From the NCBI GenBank assembly GCA_050916045.1, contig CP051526.1:896001-960000 (forward strand): 64,000 nucleotides of DNA, in the 5' to 3' direction. Shown here piece after piece: positions 58,173 through 64,000 of the stretch (position 1 is the stretch's first letter; each line of letters opens with the position of its first letter). Under the pieces are notes generated by a model. It was given only the letters and a program-made list of their open reading frames with translations, was not told the DNA's origin and made no database searches. Source of the stretch: Tepidisphaera sp. Its GTDB lineage: Bacteria; Planctomycetota; Phycisphaerae; Phycisphaerales; UBA1924. The position numbers and the translations under genes were made by a program.

Positions 58173-60665
58173 ATGCCTGCTGTCTCCCTCAAACCGTTCC
58201 AGCAGCGTGCCGTGGAGAGCGCGGTGCGCGTCTTCGCGTACAACAAGACGACGCTGGACGCGGCGGGTCAGGACGCCGATGGAAGGGCGACCGCGATCCA
58301 CGGCAACGGGTACATCTTGATCGAGGCCCCAACGGGTGCGGGCAAGACGCTGATGGCCGGGAGCGTCGTGGAGCAGATGAGCGGGCTGGACAACATCGTC
58401 TGGTTCTGGTTTGCGCCCTTCAAAGGAGTGGTGGAGCAGTCCGCCGCGTCCCTGCGCGAGCAGTTCAAGGGGATGCGGCTCCGAACGCTTGCCGAGGACC
58501 GAAACCCGATCGGCACGCGGGCTGGGGACACGTTTGTCACGACATGGCAGATGGTGGCGACGCGGATCAAGGACCGGCGAAGCGTCCGGCAGACGGGGGA
58601 ACAGAACGAGAGTATCGATGATCTCATCACGTCGCTTCGGGAGATGGGTTTGCGGATCGGGGTGGTGGTGGACGAGGCGCACCATGGGTTTCACGGCGAG
58701 ACGCAGGCGGCGGCATTCTTCCGGACGGTGCTGGACCCGGACTACACGATCCTCGTGACCGCGACGCCGGACGACGAGGACCTGAAGCATCTGGCCAAGA
58801 ACATGCAGGTCGGGAACATCCACCGGATCAGTGTCAGTCGGGCGGATGCCGTCGGGCCGGGGCCGGAGGCGGGGCTGATCAAGAGCGGGATCAAGGCGGT
58901 CGCGTGGCGGGCGGAGGAGGGGAAGGAGGCGCTGGTCGACTTTGAGGCGACCGCGCTCCGCGAGGCGACGCAGTTGCATCGGCTGGTCAAAGCCCAGTTG
59001 AAAGCGGAGGGGATCGCGCTGACGCCGCTCATGCTGGTGCAGGTGGACAGTTCGGCCAAGGGTGCCGAGAAGAGCACCGAGCGTGCCAAGGAGAAGCTCA
59101 AGGCGCTGGGGTTCACCGATGCGCAGATCGCGGTACACACCAGCGACGAGCCGGACCCGTCGTTGCTGGCCATCGCGAACGACGAAACGCGTGAGGTTCT
59201 GATCTTCAAGATGGCGGTGGCGCTGGGCTTTGATGCGCCGCGAGCCTGGACGCTGGTTTCGATGCGGGCGGCGAAGGACGAGGATTTCGGTGTGCAGCTT
59301 GTGGGCCGCATCCTTCGGGTGCATCGACGGCTGCAAGGGCGGAAGATCCCGGACGTTTTGAAATACGGTTATGTGTTCCTCGCTGACTATGAGTCTCAAG
59401 GCGGGCTTGACAAGGCGGGGCAGCGGATCAACCAAATCCAAACCGCGTATGCGAGCGTGAGCCCGACGACGATCGTCGTGCAGGTCGGGAACAGGACGAT
59501 GGTCCAGAAGACGGGCCCGGACGGCCAGACGACGCTCCACCCGGTGCCGCCGGAGGGAGCGGTCTACCGCCCGACGTTTCAGCCATTTGTTCCGCCGCAG
59601 GTCGTTCCGGTCGAGGGCGTGCCGGAAGGGCTCTTCGCGTCGGAGGAATTGGTCGAAGCACCCGACCAGCTGCGCGTGCCGTCGCGGTTGGATGGTGCGC
59701 TCGCCGCCGCGCTCCGGCAGCCCCCTCCGCAGTCGAGATATCGCTACCCGCTTCGCCCGGGCGTGCCGCGGAAGTTCAGCACCCAGGACGTGCCTGAGAT
59801 GGTGGACGTGAGCGAACGCGATATCGCGCACCACTTCCTCATCTCCAGCGATGAGTTGATGCGCGCGATCAACGCATGTGCCGCGGTGAGTGTGCACAAG
59901 CGGACCATTGAGATTTTCACGCAACAGATTCAGCAGGAACTTGCGTTTGCGGCCCCGTCGCCCGAACAGACCCGCCGGATGTCGCAGTCGGTCCTTTGCA
60001 AGAACGGGTATGTCAGTCCGAAGGAGCTGCGGCACGCGCTCTGTGCTCAATTGCAGATTGTTCTGATGGAAAAGGGCTACCCGGAGGCGGCGGACTTCGG
60101 CAAGCTCGGGAACATCTTGGACACGTTGATCGTCGCGCGGCCCGAGGCGCTGCGTGAAGCGGAGCGAAAGGCGTTGGCGAAGGCCATGACGACCGAGGAC
60201 GCCGGCGACCTTCCCGACGCGCTGGAGTCAGAGGAAGCGCTGCCCGCCTCGCGACTCAACGTTTACGGACGGGTGCCCCCCGGTCTCAACACCTGGGAGG
60301 CGCGTTTCGGCGAATACCTCGACGACGACACGACCGACGCGGTCCTCTGGTGGCACCGGAATCTTCCGCACAAGCCGTGGTCGATCAATGTGCTGATGGA
60401 CAACGGACGGGGCTTCTTCCCAGACTTTATTGTCGGGATCAAAAACAGACCCCACCACGATCACGGACTGCTCGCCGACACCAAGTACGCATGGGACAGT
60501 GCCCCGGAGTTCCCGAAGCTTCTCGCGGAGCACCAGCGGTACGGCAAGGCCGTCATCCTGACAAAGGACGCGAGCAAGCCCGGCTGGTACGTCGTGGGCA
60601 TCGACAAGGCGAACAAGGCCGTGATCGAGCGACCATTCAGAATTGCCGAGGCTGCGCGGTACTGA
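58173..60665 (+). CDS. res: type III restriction endonuclease/helicase subunit
   Basis: APTGAGKT, DEAHH, TATP, GFDAPRA, QLVGRILR, C-terminal FFPDF...DTK nuclease motif. Confidence 0.85.
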   Translation: MPAVSLKPFQQRAVESAVRVFAYNKTTLDAAGQDADGRATAIHGNGYILIEAPTGAGKTLMAGSVVEQMSGLDNIVWFWFAPFKGVVEQSAASLREQFKGMRLRTLAEDRNPIGTRAGDTFVTTWQMVATRIKDRRSVRQTGEQNESIDDLITSLREMGLRIGVVVDEAHHGFHGETQAAAFFRTVLDPDYTILVTATPDDEDLKHLAKNMQVGNIHRISVSRADAVGPGPEAGLIKSGIKAVAWRAEEGKEALVDFEATALREATQLHRLVKAQLKAEGIALTPLMLVQVDSSAKGAEKSTERAKEKLKALGFTDAQIAVHTSDEPDPSLLAIANDETREVLIFKMAVALGFDAPRAWTLVSMRAAKDEDFGVQLVGRILRVHRRLQGRKIPDVLKYGYVFLADYESQGGLDKAGQRINQIQTAYASVSPTTIVVQVGNRTMVQKTGPDGQTTLHPVPPEGAVYRPTFQPFVPPQVVPVEGVPEGLFASEELVEAPDQLRVPSRLDGALAAALRQPPPQSRYRYPLRPGVPRKFSTQDVPEMVDVSERDIAHHFLISSDELMRAINACAAVSVHKRTIEIFTQQIQQELAFAAPSPEQTRRMSQSVLCKNGYVSPKELRHALCAQLQIVLMEKGYPEAADFGKLGNILDTLIVARPEALREAERKALAKAMTTEDAGDLPDALESEEALPASRLNVYGRVPPGLNTWEARFGEYLDDDTTDAVLWWHRNLPHKPWSINVLMDNGRGFFPDFIVGIKNRPHHDHGLLADTKYAWDSAPEFPKLLAEHQRYGKAVILTKDASKPGWYVVGIDKANKAVIERPFRIAEAARY

Positions 60666-60720
60666 GCGGCAACGTGGATATCGATCGCTTCATCACATGC
60701 GACGTGTAATCCGATCGCTC

Positions 60721-60905
60721 CTCTGCCCCCCCCCCGGGGCAGAATCGGGAGACGGACACACTTTCCACGGGTTGCGCTGCGCCCGCGAGGGCGCGGGCTG
60801 CGCTCCACCCGTGGCTACAACCCTGCGCCCCGTTGGGGCGAAGCATCGAGCATCCGATGCCCGTTTCGATGCTTTCCTCTGTGCCCTCCGTGCCTCTGTG
60901 GTGAA
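60721..60905. repeat. cluster of REP-like hairpins and short repeats
   Basis: ctgcccc...ggggcag, ccacggg...cccgtgg, cgccccgttggggcg, ctctgtgccctccgtgcctctgtgg. Confidence 0.6.
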
Positions 60906-60973
60906 CGTGCTTTGGTCTTTCCCGCGCAGCGGGTCCTGTGGGCGGCATGTCACGGCCCGGGGCTGCGGCGGTT

Positions 60974-61110
60974 GGCGGGTGGCACGATTGCCTTCCGGTC
61001 TTCTGGGCCTCGGTGGGGGTGGGCTTCCGTGATGGGCATGGGCGTGATGGAAAAGCGAGCGGGGGTGCCACGACCGTCCGGTTCCGCCGGGTGGTCGTGG
61101 TTGGACGACC
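60974..61110. repeat. dispersed REP-like element, copy B
   Basis: aligns by eye to 40231-40359. Confidence 0.6.
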
Positions 61111-61267
61111 ATGACGGTTCGGGGTTCGTGAACCAGGCGTTACACAATCACGACCATTGATTCCCCTCCGGCCTTGCGGCGCTCGGCCACCTCCCCCGCC
61201 GGGGGCGGGGGAGGTGTGGTGTGCTGCTGAGGTTTGGCGAGAGGCTGCCCGAGGGAGGGGGACTCCT

Positions 61268-61603
61268 GAGGTTCGGCGGTGTGCATCGGCGCTCGGGAGG
61301 TGTACCTCAGAGGTCCGGAGGTGTGCCTCGGAGGTCCGGCGGTGTGCTGCGGAGGGGCGGAGGGGTGCAACTTTGCTCCATAAGTGTTGAGCGGAGGAGC
61401 AAAACCTTCGCAGAAAGCTCCTTCGTTGCACAACGAAGGACCTTTTTCTGCGCAGGAAGCTCCTTCGTCTCGCAACGGAGGAGCTTTTTCTTCGCGGGAA
61501 GTTCCTCCGTCTCACAGAAAAGGAGCGCAGGTGTTGAGGTTTGCTCCAAACCTCAACACCTGCGCTCCAAAATCTCTCAACGAAGGAGCTTCGTTGGCGG
61601 TCT
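61268..61603. repeat. 21-nt-period degenerate array (~16 units) with perfect 22-bp hairpin
   Basis: units in strict 21-nt register; 61522-61543 is exact reverse complement of 61547-61568. Confidence 0.75.
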
Positions 61604-61696
61604 GGGCAGCGCGGGTGTTGCGCGAAATGACGCCCTTCCGCTTTGTCGGCCCGGTATGGCCGATCTTCTCGGGCGGGGGGTGGGGTGGGTGGGGGG

Positions 61697-61736
61697 GCAA
61701 ATTGCCAAATGGTCAAATGGCCAAATGGCCAAATGA
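61697..61736. repeat. 8-nt tandem repeat (ccaaatgg)
   Basis: gcaaattg ccaaatgg tcaaatgg ccaaatgg ccaaatga. Confidence 0.75.
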
Positions 61737-61877
61737 AGGCGACCGGGAATCGGGAGTGGGGGAGTGGGGGGGGGCCGCCCAACGCCCGTCGATGCGGCGG
61801 GTCGTGACGCTTACCACTATCCTGTGGTGCCGTTCGGCGGGTGCCGCGTGTCCGTGCGGCGACCTTGGAGTTTGCTT

Positions 61878-62272
61878 ATGTCCACGTCCCCGACGGTCGG
61901 TGCGTTTGCGATTGTGCCGAGCAATGACTTGGCGGCTGCGGTGCCGTTCTGGGAGCGGCTGGGGTTTCAGCGTGTGGGTGGGGATGCTCAGTACATCATC
62001 ATGGAGGGGTGGGGAGGGGTGGGGGTGGGGTGCATCTGACGCAGGCTGGTCAGGGGCCCTGGCGCGTGCCGGCGGAGAACAACCCGTTCGGCGCGTTCAT
62101 CCGCACGCCGCAGGTGGCCGAGATCGCCGCTCGCGTGGACGACCTGATCATCCGCCCCGGCGGGGTGCTTCGCCATCGCGAGTGGGGCTTGTACGAAGTC
62201 GGCATCGCCGGGCCCGACGGCCTCTTGGTCCGGATCGGTTGGCCCTCAGCGTTGATCCACGCTGGCGAGTGA
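61878..62272 (+). pseudogene. frameshifted VOC/glyoxalase family gene
   Basis: N-part DLAAAVPFWERLGF and C-part EWGLYE....PDG..VRIG in different frames, joined at G-rich tract 62004-62030. Confidence 0.7.
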
Positions 62273-62299
62273 GGCTGGCGAGTGAGGCTGGCGAGTAAG
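62261..62299. repeat. 13-nt tandem repeat x3
   Basis: gctggcgagtgag x2 + gctggcgagtaag spanning the VOC stop codon. Confidence 0.8.
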
Positions 62300-62628
62300 G
62301 TCGGTAGGTTGGTCACTCGATTGGCCCGCTGGGTTGGTCGCCCTGGTCGCGGTTGCCGCGCAGAGGTCTGAAGCCGCGATCATCGCCAACCGGACCTCCG
62401 ACCCCGGCCCCTTTTCGCCGCGCCCCACCCCCACCCCCACCCCCCCAAAAAAACGTGTTGACCCAGCGGGCCATGGAGACGGCGGCCCTCGCACATCAGA
62501 AGTTGGTGCCGCCCTCGCCCGCCTTGAACTCGGTTTCTCGCGGCGGTGCAGAAACTCGGGCGGGAGGTCATGGTCAGAGAGTTGAGCGCGGCGGGGTCCA
62601 TGGGGCCGTTGTCTACACTGATGCAGCC

Positions 62629-63045
62629 ATGCCGTCTCCCGCGCCGTCAGCCAAGCAGGTCTTCCCGCCGGTGATGCGACGCGGGCTGTGGTGGCTTCTT
62701 GGTCTGACGGCATTCATGGGACTGGGCGCGGTCGCGTGGGTCGTGCTTCGGGGACCGCTCGGTGTGCCGCGTGGGTTCGCGTACCGCTACGGCGCGCTGT
62801 TTCTGGGCCTGCCCCCGGTCGTGGTGCTCTTGCCGTGGTGGTTTTTCCGCACGCGGTCCATCCGAAAGGCGTTGCTGGAGTCCGAGGGTCGTCTGTGCAC
62901 ACACTGCGCGTACGACGTTTCCACGCTCGATCCCTCGGGCATCTGCCCCGAATGCGGCAATGCGTACGACATCGAGAAGGACAAAGTGCTTTGGGAAGCC
63001 GTGGGCGCGCGGTACGGAGATGACCGCGACACCAAGGCCCCGTAG
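62629..63045 (+). CDS. two-TM protein with C-terminal zinc finger
   Basis: two TMs, LCTHCAYD...CPECG. Confidence 0.75.
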   Translation: MPSPAPSAKQVFPPVMRRGLWWLLGLTAFMGLGAVAWVVLRGPLGVPRGFAYRYGALFLGLPPVVVLLPWWFFRTRSIRKALLESEGRLCTHCAYDVSTLDPSGICPECGNAYDIEKDKVLWEAVGARYGDDRDTKAP

Positions 63046-63089
63046 CGCCCCGGTTGCGGCATCCGTTGCTCGCTCGGTACGATGCATTC

Positions 63090-63515
63090 ATGCTCTCGCG
63101 CCTGCACGTGCTGTTTGCTCCCGGCCCGCCGATGCTGATGCGGGGGCGGAAGTGGCTGCTCTTCGCGACCGTCGCGTGCTTTGTGATCGCGGGAACATAC
63201 ATGGTCCTGGACGATCCGCTCAACCTCCCGCACCGGCGTTGGTGGAAGCGTGCAGCGGTCGGCGTTGCCTTGTTTCCCATCGTCGTCCTGCAACCGCTGT
63301 GGGTGTATCGCACGCGGCATCTCAGCCGCCTTGCGAAGGAGACCCAGGGATGCCTTTGTGCCAACTGCGCGTACGACGTTTCCACGCTGGACCCGGCAGG
63401 CACCTGTCCGGAGTGCGGCAAGGCCTACGACATCGCTTGCGATGCGCCGCTGTGGAACTCGTTTGTCGAGAGCGGCCCGTGGGGCCCGGCCCGGAGGCCG
63501 CACCCGCCGAAGTAA
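63090..63515 (+). CDS. two-TM protein with C-terminal zinc finger (tandem paralog)
   Basis: two TMs, LCANCAYDVSTLDP...CPECG. Confidence 0.75.
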   Translation: MLSRLHVLFAPGPPMLMRGRKWLLFATVACFVIAGTYMVLDDPLNLPHRRWWKRAAVGVALFPIVVLQPLWVYRTRHLSRLAKETQGCLCANCAYDVSTLDPAGTCPECGKAYDIACDAPLWNSFVESGPWGPARRPHPPK

Positions 63516-63732
63516 GTCCCCCACGCCGGCGGGTGGCACCGGTCGCGAGACGAGACAAGGCGCGCCACCGATCGGCGGTTCCTCCGGCGATCGGTGGCGA
63601 TGAGACTTGCCCTTCGGTTCTCGGGTGTGGCACGAACGCGGTCTGCACGGCCTGTGAGCGCCACGAGTCTCACCTGTGGTGGGGGAGAGGATGGACGGGG
63701 TGGCGGTCATCGATCATGGGTCGGGGCTTGTA

Positions 63733-63942
63733 CGGTCGTTGCGGCGGTCGGCACGATGATTCCCGCTCGGCGCACGGGCGTTGCCGCTGCCGACACAAGC
63801 GTTGCCGCGACCGTCACAAGCGTTGCCGCTGCCGACATGACGATTGCCGCTCGGGGCACAACGACCTTGTCGGCCGTCACAAGGGCTTTGTCGGCCGACA
63901 CAAGGGCTTTGTCGGCCGACATGACGACCTTGTCGGGAGGCA
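63733..63942. repeat. 21-nt-period mosaic tandem array (10 units)
   Basis: e.g. caagcgttgccgctgccgaca, caagggctttgtcggccgaca x2; every unit ends in ca. Confidence 0.85.
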
Positions 63943-64000
63943 TTTTCGGGCGTTCGCGTGGAAAAACCGCTCTGGGAGCGTGCCAGAGCGGGTAGGGGAG

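Noticed and set aside
60666..63700. Integron cassette array
   Set aside because: No intI, and I could not find consistent attC RYYYAAC/GTTRRRY boundaries around the small genes
61268..63942. CRISPR array or diversity-generating retroelement
   Set aside because: No invariant repeat separated by unique spacers, and no cas or reverse transcriptase gene in the window

Overview
GC-rich bacterial chromosome segment. It is most likely a planctomycete of the Phycisphaerae type; this is inferred from the C-terminal 'ADFNGDGFVDFFDY...GC' dockerin-like tails, IPTP-type PEP-CTERM tails, an ECF sigma/Ser-Thr kinase pair and the CxxCGY...CPECG membrane protein family. Housekeeping genes include an RluA-family synthase, thiE, glycerate kinase, ispG, efp, a Y-family polymerase, an rsmH-LysM-ftsL-like-PBP cluster and pheA. 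These are interspersed with secreted proteins, transporters and regulators. The last ~9 kb is an accessory region: a type III restriction-modification pair followed by a dense patch of REP-like elements, short tandem repeats and two 21-nt-period mosaic arrays. The most notable candidate novel system is the operon at 17119-22771: ECF sigma, membrane anti-sigma with an extracytoplasmic dockerin, a secreted cohesin-like protein, a VIT/degenerate-VWA lipoprotein and a second lipoprotein, suggesting cohesin-dockerin pairing used for envelope signalling. Other highlights are a synonymously diverged duplicate of exactly the pheA ACT domain, a 5-codon leader peptide with a structured leader upstream of an RNHCP gene, and a kinase-STAS-mlaE operon. 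All calls come from motif recognition by eye; no database searches were run. No rRNA, tRNA or CRISPR array was recognised.
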